Source of the DNA: Hormiphora californensis
Taxonomy: Eukaryota; Animalia; Ctenophora
Length of the DNA stretch: 64,000 nt
NCBI GenBank assembly: GCA_020137815.1
Contig: CM035354.1
Location: 4,154,001 to 4,218,000, forward strand
Reading direction: 5' to 3'
Below, piece after piece: positions 41,611 through 54,486 of the stretch; the stretch's first letter is position 1; every line of letters starts with the position of its first letter. The translations under genes were made by a program, and so were the position numbers. The notes below the pieces were generated by a model. The model had not been told where the DNA came from. It saw only the letters and a list, made by a program, of their open reading frames with translations, and did no database searches.

Positions 41611-44036
41611 ATGGTTACCATGATGATGCCAGATCAAGTCAATGTCAGCACTGTGGAGGATATCATTGTTTACAAAGTTATTCCATCGTGTTGTATTGTG
41701 GTGGCAACCATCGACCTCATACTAAACATCATCCTGGTTAGTAATTGCAGGGTGAGATTAGTCGTCTACAACCTTTGAGGGGGGTGGGATTTGTGGGATT
41801 AGTATAGTGGTCTGGGGGAGGCTGTCAGAGCATTGGCCTGACCCATTCTCATTTCTCTCAGCGCGCGAGAACTGTGGTCAGAGCATTGGCCTGACAGGGG
41901 GGAGGAGGGGGTATGGGATTTGTGGTCTGGGGGTTCGGGGTTATTTAGTACTTTTGGGAGGAGGAAGAGGAGGAGGTATGGGATTAGTTAGTAATTTTAG
42001 GAGGAAGGGGTGGTTTCGGAAGATGAAGTGGACGGAGGGGTGGAACAAATTGATAAAACTGGTTTTTTAAAGGAATAATAATAATGAAATAACATGTTAA
42101 CGTTCAAGTTCAACAACTCACTCTAATCATCCCCCAGATAATAGTTCACGTGAGACTAAAGTTCTGGAGATGTCCCGCCACCCTGGCCTATGCCAACATG
42201 ATCTTATTGGGGTGTATCAGCTCCCTCTCTGCCTTCCTTCTTTTTACACTGAAACTAGTGGAAGGAAGCAACCCGTACGAGATTAGGTCACAGACCTTTC
42301 ATAAGATACTTGACGTGCTTTTTGCAGTGGGTGAGTGTGAAACAATTTTCCATATTTTCAATTTGACCATTATGAAATCCCCGGATAATTATGTTCCAAA
42401 ATCCCAGAGGCCAGATAATAAGGTGATTTAACTCAAATTTTAGCCTCAACCACAAAAAAATTTGTTACAACGGATTTCCACCTCAAATGTACTCCTAAGG
42501 GTCCCCTCTATCGATTCCAACCAATGTTCATATTTGTTCAGGGGTGCTAAGGCCTCATTTCCGGGTGGGCGTGGTACCTGTATTTTCAGCCTGAGGCCAA
42601 AACCATAAGTACCCTTAAAATAGGAGTAGAGATAAAATCGAGGGCACTAGAGTGATCAGCGTCCTCGCATTAGTGGGGGTAGGTGCTGGAATTAAGTCTC
42701 TATCTCATCTGGTTAATTAGATAATTGGATAATTAGTTTGGCGCATAACCGTTTTTTGGCTATATGGCTATAGCCACTTAGGAATGGTTTAAAGACTTTT
42801 CATTGGTGCCATTTTGTAGGCAAAGCGAATTTATGGGGGGTCGACGTCGGACTTTTAAGCTCTATCTTCAACCGTTTAGCCGTTATTTGGGTTTAACAGT
42901 GTTCAAAATCGGGGATTTTACCGTATTTTGCTCATTTGGAGAATCTTAAAAGCCAAATAACGGCTAAACGGTTGAAGATAGAGCTTAAAAGTCCGACGTC
43001 GACCCCCCATAAATTCGCTTTGCCTACAAAATGGCACCAATGAAAAGTCTCTAAACTATTCCTAAGTGGCTATAGCCATATAGCCAAAAAACGGTTACGC
43101 GCCAAACTAATTATCCAATTATCTAATTAACCAGATGAGATAGAGACTTAATTCCAGCACCTACCCCCACTAATGCGAGGACGCTGATCACTCTAGTGCC
43201 CTCGATTTTATCTCTACTCCTATTTTAAGGGTACTTATGGTTTTGGCCTCAGGCTGAAAATACAGGTACCACGCCCACCCGGAAATGAGGCCTTAGCACC
43301 CCTGAACAAATATGAACATTGGTTGGAATCGATAGAGGGGACCCTTAGGAGTACATTTGAGGTGGAAATCCTTTGTAACAAATTTTTTTGTGGTGTTCCT
43401 GGCTTATCACCTTACTAAGAACTTAAGAAAGAATTCTAAAACTAACTGATTTTCTCATTTTCAGAGATCTACTCCATATCATCTGGTTTAGTTTCAACGT
43501 TCCTCCTGGCCATCCTTCGGCTCCAGGCTCTCATGTTCCCCTTTGCCTTTGTCAACATCGTCCAGCACCGATACATAGTGCCCCTCATTCTAGTAAGCGA
43601 ACTGGCCGGCTGCACCGTGGCCTTTATCGAGACCCACTTCTGGGCACTCGATACCCACCAGATCCTCGTCAACATCTGGTTTGCATATCTCGCCATCTCA
43701 GTCACTGTCTTTTCTGTCGCAGTGGCTGTTCTCGGACCTCTCCGGAGGCACCGAGACAAGGTGATCAGGACAGTGGCAGGAAGGTTGTTTGCCCTGGCCT
43801 TCTGCTACATAGCCTGTAACGGGTGTTTTGGAGCCCTCAACATAGCCCGGTTCTATCTGTGTGTGGATACTGGAAGCAGGTTTGTGCACCCCACTATGAA
43901 TAGGATGGTATGTCAGAACGATAACTTTATTACCGTCGTCTTCATCTTCCCAACTATCAACAGCATGGCAAATGCGATAGTCATTGCACGGAGTCAGCGA
44001 GTGAGGAGAGAGCTACGAACATGGGTCAACTGGTGA
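41611..44036 (+). CDS. Divergent class-A-like GPCR, paralog of 38917-41133, 3 exons (41611-41736, 42138-42330, 43465-44036)
   Basis: Same exon positions and phases as the paralog. TM3 STFLLAILRLQALMFPF, TM7 VFIFPTINSMANAIVIARS. Confidence 0.87.
42418..43416. mobile_element. About 1-kb near-perfect foldback element in GPCR intron 2
   Basis: Arms about 42449-42890 and 42953-43394 are reverse complements with few mismatches. Outer TAAGGTGAT/ATCACCTTA termini. Confidence 0.9.
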
Positions 44037-44892
44037 ACAATTCTCTATACTAGAAAAACATTGGTGAACTGGTACACAATGATCTAGACATACATGGATC
44101 AACTGGTGAACAGTTCTCTAGACACAAATGGGTGAACTGCAACTGGTGAACAATGAAACACTACTCGAGAAATGTGCAAGTTCGACCCTGATCTACCGAA
44201 GCTGAAACTTTCAGTGAAAGAGCAGAAAGACCACGCTGTCATTTTATGAAACAAAATGCGGTGTGAGCCACACAAGCTCGACCCTGATACCAATTGGACA
44301 CTGATCAACTGCTAATTATGATAGAACAATTGCCATGAAATAAAAACTGGAAACCATCATGGACCTCCTGACGTACATAATAGCCCCACACACTTGATTC
44401 TGAATATTGGAAGGGCCTGCACAGACTGATCAAATGATAAGAGACTGATCTGAATAACTGAAATCGAAGTTTCCTATTCGTTATAGTTGTCCATTTAATG
44501 CAATATACTAATTCTGGTACGCTGTTTTCAGATTTTATGCCATCAAGATGTTATGAAATAGAACCATAAATTGTAATTTATGCGACAAACTGCGTGTTTC
44601 CAGGAATTATTCAATAAAGATTGAATCTGAATCTTTTAATCTCTGAATCTTTCAATCTCTGGATCTAGATTTTACAATTTCAAGGAAAACATTTCTAAAA
44701 GCTATGTGGTTGCTTGTATAACATAATTCTCGAGGTCCGATACTCGATAGCTACCGCAGTGGTGGTAGTACTACTTTCGGTACAAAATGTGATTTCGTGA
44801 GATGGTCTCTTGCTTAGATGACCAAGGCAATCTACTTTTTAGTGTGCGTGTGTGAGACTGAGATAGATAGATAGAGAGAGAAAGATAGAGTG

Positions 44893-45045
44893 AAAGAGAG
44901 AGAAAGAGAAAGAGAAAGAGAAAGAGAAAGAGAAAGAGAAAGAGAAAGAGAAAGAGAAAGAGAAAGAGAAAGAGAAAGAGAAAGAGAAAGGAAAGGAGAA
45001 AGAGAAAGAGAAAGAGAAAGAAAGAGAGAGAGAGAGAGAGAGAAA
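44893..45045. repeat. (AGAGAA)n / (GA)n purine tract
   Basis: Direct inspection. Confidence 0.95.
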
Positions 45046-45461
45046 GATTGAGAAAGAGAGAGAACCTTTGATTGCCCGTGACCCATAATTTCGTGATTTT
45101 TGTGTTCCGTTTATGGACTAATGTTCCGAGGTGAAAGCTATTATAATAGTGACCGTCTATAGCACGCACTATAAGTTCTATTATAGCTGAGAGTGATTCC
45201 CACATACACGTAGCAGGTGATCACTATGATAATAGTATCAGCCATTAAACCCCCTCATTGCATACAGTGTACTGTAAGTTAAGTAAATATTACCAAAATG
45301 TCTTTTTTCACTCCAAGAGCTGTACTATTTATTTTATCAGTATGATATTCAATGTCAAAAAATATAATTTGTCTCTCAGATCTCGATTTTGGCGTTCAAT
45401 ATCGCCTTTTGTAACATACTATTTGGCTTACTGAGAATCATTCGTATCAATGGTAACTGCA

Positions 45462-47254
45462 TCACTGAGAATCATTCGTAACCATGGTTTCCGGGATGCA
45501 GACAGGTTGTTCGTTGCTGCCCTGGCTTGGTCGACTGAACATTCGCTGTAATTCGAGCTGACTTCCGGCGGCTGACTTGAGTCGAGAGAACTGTCTGCTC
45601 ACTGTGGGGGAGGGGTAGTTGAGAATTTCAAGTTGGGTGTTGCAGTAGTCCCTACACACATGCACACAAACCTACCCCTGTCAAAACTGTCTCGAGCACG
45701 CGTCTTCGCTTGGGCGACCTGGCTCCTGACAGTATGCACTAGAGAAATAAAAAGTGGGGGAGCATTGGGGGATATTTCATATTTCATATTTTAACTTGTG
45801 TTGAGTTAAATGGGTAGTAGGACTTAATAAATTTTAACCACCTTCTCGATCACTCAAGCTACAAGGGAGAGGGAGAACATCTTGATCAAGATGTTCTCCC
45901 TAGCTCCCTTGCAGTAGTACTAGTAAACTACTACTAAACTACTTTTGCGGCTATTATAGAGTGTAACATCTTACGTTGTGCTATCAGCTAACGTACAACT
46001 ATCCGATTGGGTTTAGTTTTGTATTTATACCAAATTAGATTTATAAAATTTGCTAATGTCACCCCCCAATCCCCGTACCTGAGCTCACGATGGAGGACTT
46101 CTGTGAGTGTAAGTAGCTCCTGATACTGGCCATTCTAATGGGGTAGAGCCACGGGTTGAATGTCGGTCCCAGGAATATCAGAGCTCGGCTTATCAGTATG
46201 AATTCCTGCAGAGTTATAGTTTGAAACATCATACTTGATGTAGTTTACTGAATGCGCTGAGATTACTATTAGTAAACCTAAAATAGCGCTGCGGTCCAGG
46301 TGCAATTCATCCTGGTCACTCTACATGCATATCAACATGTATTGGGTGGTTTAAACGCGAAAAGCAATTATACCGGTTATAGTTCCTTTTTTCTAATTCT
46401 CCCTCTCTCTCTCTCTCTCCTCTCCTTTATTTTCTCTGCTCTTCCCTCCCGTTTCTCTCTCTCTTCTCCTCTCGTTTGGCTTTTTTCATTTGCCTTTTTT
46501 CATTTGTCTCCTTACCACAGCAGTTTGAGTAGCATATTAAATATTCAGGACTACCCTTGGATTCATGCCCCAAATGAACTTTTTTAGTAGGTGCCAATCG
46601 AGCATTTGTCTCATCCCGGACAGTCTGGCGGCGCTCAGATTGGGTCATGGGGCCGCCAGACGTAGTCAGATCCGGTCAGAGCATTGACCCGGCCCTATTC
46701 TCAGACCTGACAGGACAGATCTCGCTTACCTCGGAGGTATCGCGGTGAATAAAACGGTTGTGTATCTGGTAGTATCGGTAGGGGAGAGTCGAGGCGATAA
46801 TCAGGATGGCTTGCCCTGTTGAAACAAGACAGTTTGTCTTGATACTTCGTTGTGCCCTATAAGGAGAGAGAGTTATTTTCAGTAGTTCGCCCATAGGGGG
46901 GGGGGGGGAACAGTCGTGCCTCAGGTTCAGGTGAGAAATCAGGAGTAAATTGCCAAGACCTGATCTGATTCAGGTCTCGGCAATATTACTGTTTTCCCCA
47001 TATAGGCCATGACTATGTAATGAGCAACTTATGGAGTACGTTCCATTGAATAATTCCATAAAGTAGTAACTTTTCTTGATTAATAAAAAACTTACCCCTG
47101 AAATCGTTTTTTATCTCAAAGTTTGAATGTGAAAACTGTTATACGTTTGCTATAATTTTCGTACGTGGTCGGTCGATTCGAAGGTCGAACAACGTTATAG
47201 TAGAGATTTAATGAACTTTTCGGAGAAAGAGAGGGAGAGAGAGAGAGAGAGAGG

Positions 47255-47295
<41 letters not shown>

Positions 47296-47411
47296 TAGAC
47301 TCTCGCGTCTTCTGACTCTCTCGCTCTCTCTCGCTCTCTGATCTCTCTTTCTCACTCTCTCTCTCTCTCTCTCCCTCTCTCTTCTCTCTTCTCCTCTCTC
47401 TTCTCTATCCT

Positions 47412-47460
<49 letters not shown>

Positions 47461-49315
47461 ACTCTCTCTCTCTCTCTCTCTCTCGTTTTGCTTCATTTCC
47501 AGGAGACTCCCTGTGTCTCGCCACCATTACTTAGATAGTATTTTCCACCTGATATAACTATTTCTCTTGTAAAATGACAATAAGGTTTTGTATTATTAAC
47601 AACTAAGTAAGCTTAAATTTTGTTTAAGGATGCTAGCTCCGCGATGATGTTGCGTTGACACTATTCCTCGCAACGGCTTCCGCGATGGATAGGAACCAAT
47701 CCTTACGAGATTACGAGATTCACTTTTGTAACGCTGTTATAGTGTCCATGTCACACTCACTCTGTCTCTAATGTCTCTAATATGTCTCTAATATGTCTCT
47801 AATATGTCTCTAATATAAGTTATAACTCACTCTGTCTTGCGTTCCTCCGTGTTATGGAATCTCTTGCTGCTTTCCAATATCCGCGAGATAGTCAGAAGGT
47901 TGGTGATAACCAGCGCCAACACAGCCAACCCCATGGTAAGGGGCACGAATATGTTCTCCCAGTTTTTAACGGCGTCGCCACTCCCGGCCAGGTATCAGAT
48001 TTGCTATCAAATGCCAACTCACACGCTGTAAAAAAGAGAAGGGGTTTTAGATCATGATTTATTAAAATTAGAGATTAATTTCCCGTTTAGTCTTACGATT
48101 ATTATATGTACGGGGTGGTATAAACTTAAAGTTCGGGGATTTGAATTGTCCACAGCGCCTCAAAGGGGGTATGTAGTATGCTGGTATGCAAATGAACAAT
48201 GCAATATGTTCTTCGGATTTGAATCAATCAACACTATACACCCAAGTGCTAGTGTTGAAGGATTTAATTGCGAAGTGTGCAATGTGTAGATTCCTCACTC
48301 GTAGTTTATGTCAGGAAATTATTAATACCCAAGCTGAGGGGAAAAAAGGTACAAAATCTTCGCCCCCACCACTTACACATGAAAAGCTTGCTGATTGAAA
48401 CTGCAGTTGTTCCATTTCTAAAGACCGTCCTGGAGCATTTGAATGACTCGGTCCCCAGGGCACCCAGTGCCACTATATAGGGGACTATCATAGCAAGGAA
48501 TGGGATCACAGTGCATGTTATCGCAGCCACCACCGTCTTCCAGGGCTTGATGGAGAAGGAGTATTGGAGTGGCAGGTAGATGTGGCCAGCCCTGTCCGTG
48601 CAAATAGCCACTACCAGGAGGAGTTGAACCCACACAATGTAGTCCAAAATGATATTTACCATCGCCCTGAGGGGAAGAGGTGTTAGTAACACCTGGGGAT
48701 ATCGCCCTGAGGGGAAGAGGTGTTAGTAACATCTGGGGACCGGATATCACCCTGAGGGGAAGAGGTGTTAGTAACATCTGGGGTTATCGCCCTGAGGGGA
48801 AGTGATATTGCGCTGAGGGGAGGTGTTGTCGCCCCGAGGGGTGATTTGAAAGAATTTTCGAGACTTACTGGTTATAGAATCCGTTTCGGAGGGTCTCTGC
48901 AGTTTCAAAGTCAGATGTTGTAAAACATATTGCAGCGGGAATGCCAACCAAAATCACCATGACAACATCCAATACCGACAAATACAAGCAAAACAGGTTG
49001 GATTGGAAGAAGGGGTGCTCCAGAATCCTCCGTATGTTCCGGATCACCGCGTAGAAACAACTCACATTTCCGAGGAGGGTCCCAAGAACCGGCAAACCAA
49101 ATAAACGAACCGAGAAGATGGAGTTCAGGTTCTGTCCAGTTTTGGTCTGACACAGGTTCGGGAGTGGAGATAGGTTGGGTCGATGTGATGTTGGAATATG
49201 CACCAGTCGTGGAATAACCGCCTGACGTGAAGTTGGATTGACCGTCAGTCATGTTGTCAGGAAGAACCGGCCCCTCGCTGAAGGCATTGTAACTGGGAAT
49301 CCCGCTTGTTACCAT
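45462..49315 (-). CDS. Class-A GPCR, 7 coding exons (49315-48869, 48666-48377, 48025-47831, 46856-46730, 46205-46079, 45738-45676, 45601-45462); frameshifts near 49085 and 47980
   Basis: N-glycosylated N-terminus; GTLLGN (TM1), YLSVLD (TM2), AICTDRAGHIYLPLQY (TM3), ASTLPY (TM6), GPTFNPWLYPIR (TM7). Confidence 0.88.
47225..47503. repeat. Opposed (GA)n and (CT)n degenerate tracts in a GPCR intron
   Basis: Direct inspection. Confidence 0.85.
48661..48842. repeat. About 40-45-bp tandem repeat (3 full + degenerate copies) spanning the exon-2 acceptor
   Basis: Unit ATCGCCCTGAGGGGAAGAGGTGTTAGTAACAYCTGGGG. Confidence 0.9.
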
Positions 49316-49442
49316 AGTAGTCCTGTAGGGAGATGGTAAGGGACCAACTTACAAAAGTACCCGGGTATGCAGATGGGAAATATTTTGGACAAGAAATGGT
49401 GACAAGAAGTTTAGTCGTACGTTTTAGTGCGGGCTTCCTTCC

Positions 49443-49443
<1 letters not shown>

Positions 49444-49495
<52 letters not shown>

Positions 49496-49558
49496 AGATG
49501 GAGAGAGAGTGAGAGAAGAGGATAGGAGAGAAAGAGAGAGAGAAAGAGATAGAGAGTG

Positions 49559-49597
<39 letters not shown>

Positions 49598-49611
49598 TGA
49601 GAGAGTGAGAG
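49444..49611. repeat. (GA)n-rich tract
   Basis: Direct inspection. Confidence 0.9.
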
Positions 49612-50566
49612 ATGTCGGGAATCCTGCTAAAGGATCTATCACTGACCATTGACACACAGTAACGCATGCAATGAGATAGTTCTTGGACAACACAATTGAT
49701 GGCTTCGCTATATGGACCTTTGACCGAGTTCCTGCAGTACACACATATGTACACAGGGACATGGAGACAAAGATACATAAAGAGTTGGAGATAAGGTGGA
49801 GACAAAGATCAGCTATAATTATAAAAAGACAACACAAATATTGACGGTAAAATAGTGAGCCACGACCTTTGTCATATGATTATGTCCCAATACGACTACG
49901 TGCAGAGATTATTCCGACCTGTCCAGACCGTACCCGGACAATATGCGGTTTGCTCAGCGTTTGGTCTAGGGACCAACTTACAAAAAAAGAACCCGGGTAT
50001 GTTAACCACAAGTACTCGATAAAGGCAAGCATGGCACAACGAAGAAGATTCTCTCTAAGATTAAGGCATTATAAATACACTGAAATGAAATCCAATCACA
50101 GTGTATCGTTGGTGATGACGCAGCTGCAAGTGTATTATGGGTGACTGCGTCAACAAAGCTTTGGTGAATGCGTCACCAAAGTGACCAAAATGCGTAACCA
50201 ATCCTCCAAGTGCACCGCTAAGCTCACCTTATGCCCAGCAAGAGCATGTAAAACGTTTCAAATGCAGTATTAAGGACTGGGAATCCCAATATTCCCCTAA
50301 TCGTGTTCCATCGTGTTCCATATGCTACAAAGACCAGGCCGCTCAATTAGTAAAACTTGTAACATCTGGCTCCTGATTTATGAACCGTGCTATTTTATCC
50401 CGCTCAGTGCCCACGCCCATCATGCTCCAGCTAGCAGGCACCGCGCAGACCAAGCCAGAGTGGAACCACTTAATTAAATATTTTATAAAGGAGCACTTCT
50501 ATCGTGCACTAAAGGAAAGGCTTCGTATGACGACATGGAATGATGACAGCACACGGTGTCCCTTAA

Positions 50567-52022
50567 GGAGGTGAAACCTCGACTAGATAAAGTTTTTTGG
50601 AGACCGGACCTAGGTTACGTATTTTTGACCGAGGAATCCGAAAAACATAAAATTAAAATCGAAAACGTAGCGGTTTTTGCGTAAAACGGCAAAAACTGTC
50701 ATTTTTCAGCGATTTTCGATTTTTACGCTTTCTAGAGATTTAAAAAATATTTCCTTACAAGATATGATCTTGTGCTTCTAGACTAATAAAATACAATCGA
50801 TTTGCTACAAATTGGTCCCGGGTTTGTGTGATTTGGTCAAAAGCTCTCTTTACTGTGGCCCATCAAAGATGGCCACTCTGTAAATACGTTTTTGGCTCCT
50901 GTGGCCGCAGATGTAAACCAAAAGAAGATTTATTATACACCAAAATTTGCGTCTTCTGAAGGCGAACAACCTGGTTTTTACGAAATTTGATTTCATGCAG
51001 GCGTTCAAAAATTACAGCCGAAAAACTGGTACAGTGGATTTCGGAAATACCCCTACTTCAACAAACCCTAATCCAGATAAGATTTCGAAAAATATACATC
51101 TTCATACATGAAAATGAAGCTCAGACAAATGCCAACGTGATGCAAAAAACGGGAAGTGTGTAACTTATTTCGTTTAGAAGCTATAGCGAAAATAAAAGTG
51201 CTTGTATTTGCCTTGAAAACACCCTCTAAAAACCATACTTTCAGACAATTTCTGACAATTTCAAACAAATTCTGTCCACAGGGGACTAAGTTGTTGCACT
51301 GGAGGTTACATTTTATTCGTATTGCATTTTTAGACAGATTTGCTATTTTTCAGGGCTTTTAGAGGATGTTTTCAAGGCAAATACAAGCACTTTTATTTTC
51401 GCTATAGCTTCTAAACGAAATAAGTTACACACTTCCCGTTTTTTGCATCACGTTGGCATTTGTCTGAGCTTCATTTTCATGTATGAAGATATATATTTTT
51501 CGAAATCTTATCTGGATTAGGGTTTGTTGAAGTAGGGGTATTTCCGAAATCCACTGTACCAGTTTTTCGGCTGTAATTTTTGAACGCCTGCATGAAATCA
51601 AATTTCGTAAAAACCAGGTTGTTCGCCTTTAGAAGACGCAAATTTTGGTGTATAATAAATCTTCTTTTGGTTTACATCTGCGGCCACAGGAGCCAAAAAC
51701 GTATTTGCAGAGTGGCCATCTTTGATGGGCCACAGTAAAGAGAGCTTTTGACCAAATCACACAAACCCGGAACCAATTTGTAGCAAATCGATTGTATTTT
51801 ATTAGTCTAGAAGCACAAGATCATATCTTGTAAGGAAATATTTTTAAAATCTCTAGAAAGCGTAAAAAGTCGAAAATCGCTGAAAAATGACAGTTTTTGC
51901 CATTTTACGCAAAAACCGCTACGTTTTCGATTTTAATTTTATGTTTTTCGGATTCCTCGGTCAAAAATACGTAACCTAGGTCCGGTCTCCAAAAAACTTT
52001 ATCTAGTCGAGGTTTCACCTCC
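50567..52022. mobile_element. About 1.46-kb TTAA-flanked foldback (Kolobok-like; about 660-bp arms, about 125-bp spacer)
   Basis: TTAA|GGAGGTGAAACCTCGACTAGATAAAG ... CTTTATCTAGTCGAGGTTTCACCTCC|TTAA; arms nearly identical. Confidence 0.9.
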
Positions 52023-53319
52023 TTAAGGGACACCGTGAGCAGTTACAATTTCTGAACCATTTCAAAGGTGACCCCTCCCGTGCACAACCTATTAGAAGCT
52101 GCAAAACAATGAGTCTCTGCACTCGCTACGGCAAAGTTTAGCATAAGTAAATGATCATTAGACATTGTTTGCTATAAACCACTTCAATTGAACCACAAAC
52201 ACACCCTCCCTCCACCATTTAGCAGCAGTACAAACTGTAACGTCAAACGTGCCCTGCTGCTACTGTATCAGACTAGCCAAATTAATAATTATAAACACAC
52301 GCCGTAACAATATCAGGAACAATATACCCATGTTAAAAACTTAGATCGATTAGGATCGATTATATCTTATAGGTTTATAGGATACAGCTGGTCTGAGGGT
52401 CACCTTATAAAACATATCATGCACTACAGATCTGTGTGTATGTAGGGTGCATGATGGGTTTCATCTTTACAAATTACAAACTTCAAGTTAAAGGAAACCG
52501 AGATATGTTCATGTTAAGCAAAGCAGAGCTGTTCGTAATAAACCACCCTAATGCTGCCTACAATTTCATTTATACTGTCACCTGTCATAGCTTCAATAGT
52601 CATAACACTGTGGAATCGATAGCAGAGGTAGTCTGCTGCAGCAGCTAGACATGAAAAATAAACATAAAAATAAACATAAAATGAAACTGAGTAGACGTGA
52701 GTGCCAAGTAACATGGGTTTTGCTTTGGTGAACAAAACACCTAGATCTGTGACCAGGATGACCGCAGCGCCGAGCCGAGAAGGCACTGGGGGCAAACAAG
52801 GACATTGGAAGTTTCGTAGTTTCACAAATGCACTAGGGCCCCAATATAGCCTTCGGTGACACTAAGGACGTGGAGAGGTCGCGTGAAAAAAAGTAACAAA
52901 AAAGAGATCAGTACGGATAATCATACTCATAGAGGTAAGGGGTATCATGAGGAGAGATAGCAAACACCTGTCCGAATTCAACAGAATACTATTGACCAGA
53001 AGTAGTAGTAGTAACTAACTTACTTTAGTTAGTCACGTGGCAGAACTATAGTGTGCCACGTACCGTGTTACTCCAAAATAATAAAGAGAAGTTAAAAAGA
53101 TACTTCAGCTAACTTATTCAAGAAGTCGTATTAGTTACTAATTCTAGTTACTGACTAGTTTTTACTTATGCTTTTGGAATAATACTGCACATGCCACGCC
53201 CGAAAGCTACATCACTACAACGTGACTAACTGTGACTGGTGAAAGAGACCCTCAACAGTAAAACGTATAGCGGCAGATCTCCCTGACATAGTTCTCAAGA
53301 TTAAATTACACTAAATTTA

Positions 53320-54434
53320 AATAATGTTTTTAAAAATTTTTGGGTTTTAAAAGGGGGCCGGGGGCCCAAAAACATATGATCGATTATGCATAGGGCCCCT
53401 TTTCTAACAAACCCAAATTGGAAACCAGAAGTTCATGTTAACAACAGATTTTGGGAAAAAAAAAAAACCCCTGCCAATTCAAATACTTAAAATTTTAAAT
53501 AGTATAACTTTTGGAAAAGGGGGGCAAAAATTTTAAAAAAAATAAAAATAAAATAAAAAAAACTGGTCCAAAAAAAGGTTTTTTTTAAAAACCCCTTTTT
53601 TTTTTCCCCCCGGGGAAAAGGCACGGGGGCAAAAAAAAACGTTTTTCCCAAAATGGGGGCCCAAACCTTGGTAACCGACTAAGGGGAAAAAAAGTAACAA
53701 AAAAATAAAATTTTCCCCCATGGGGGTTTTAAGGTTTAAAAAAATTAATTCAAAATTTTTCCCCAAAAGTTTAACTAATTTTTTTTTCCCCGGGCAAACA
53801 AGGGGCCACCCCCCCCAAAAAAATAAAAGAAATTTAAAAAATTTTCCCTAACAAAAAGATTTTTTCAATTTCTAGTTACACTTTTTTTTTTTTTTAAAAA
53901 AACCCCTCCAAACCCCTTAAAAACCCCCAAAAAGGGGGGGAAAAACCCCCCAAAAAAAAACGAAGCAGATCTCCCTAATTTTTTCGTTAAATTTTTTCTT
54001 TTCCTAAAATTTTCTCCCCTTTGAAAATTTTTTTTTTTTCCCTTTTTATCTTTTGGGGGGAAAAAATTTTTTATCCCCCCACCCCAAAAAAACCCCCAAT
54101 AAATTTTCCCCCAAAATCTTTCTCCCAAAACCCCTTCGAGTTTTTTGTCCCCCCTTTTGCAGACCAACAAACCTTTTTTTCCTTCTTTTTTCCCCTTAAA
54201 ACCCCTTTTTCCCAAACCCCGAATCTTGAAATGGCCCGGGGGGAAAACCAGTGACAAAAAACGTTCGATTTTTTTTAAAAAGGGGGGTTTTTGCGACCCC
54301 CCCGGAAAAAAACCCCTCCCTTTTTTTTAACCATTTAATTAACCTCCGGGCCTTTTGTTTTTCACCTCCCCCGGTGAATTTTCCCAAAACCCCCCCAAAT
54401 CCTTTAAAAACCGCCCGAAACACCCTACCCCCCC

Positions 54435-54486
<52 letters not shown>

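Noticed and set aside
44771-45205. LS/FL- and RE-repeat ORFs (also near 15921-16142, 47116-47496, 49257-49837, 61909-62091)
   Set aside because: Translations of GA/CT microsatellites.
52500-53000. Possible small minus-strand exons
   Set aside because: Splice-like sites exist, but there is no consistent frame or recognisable motif.
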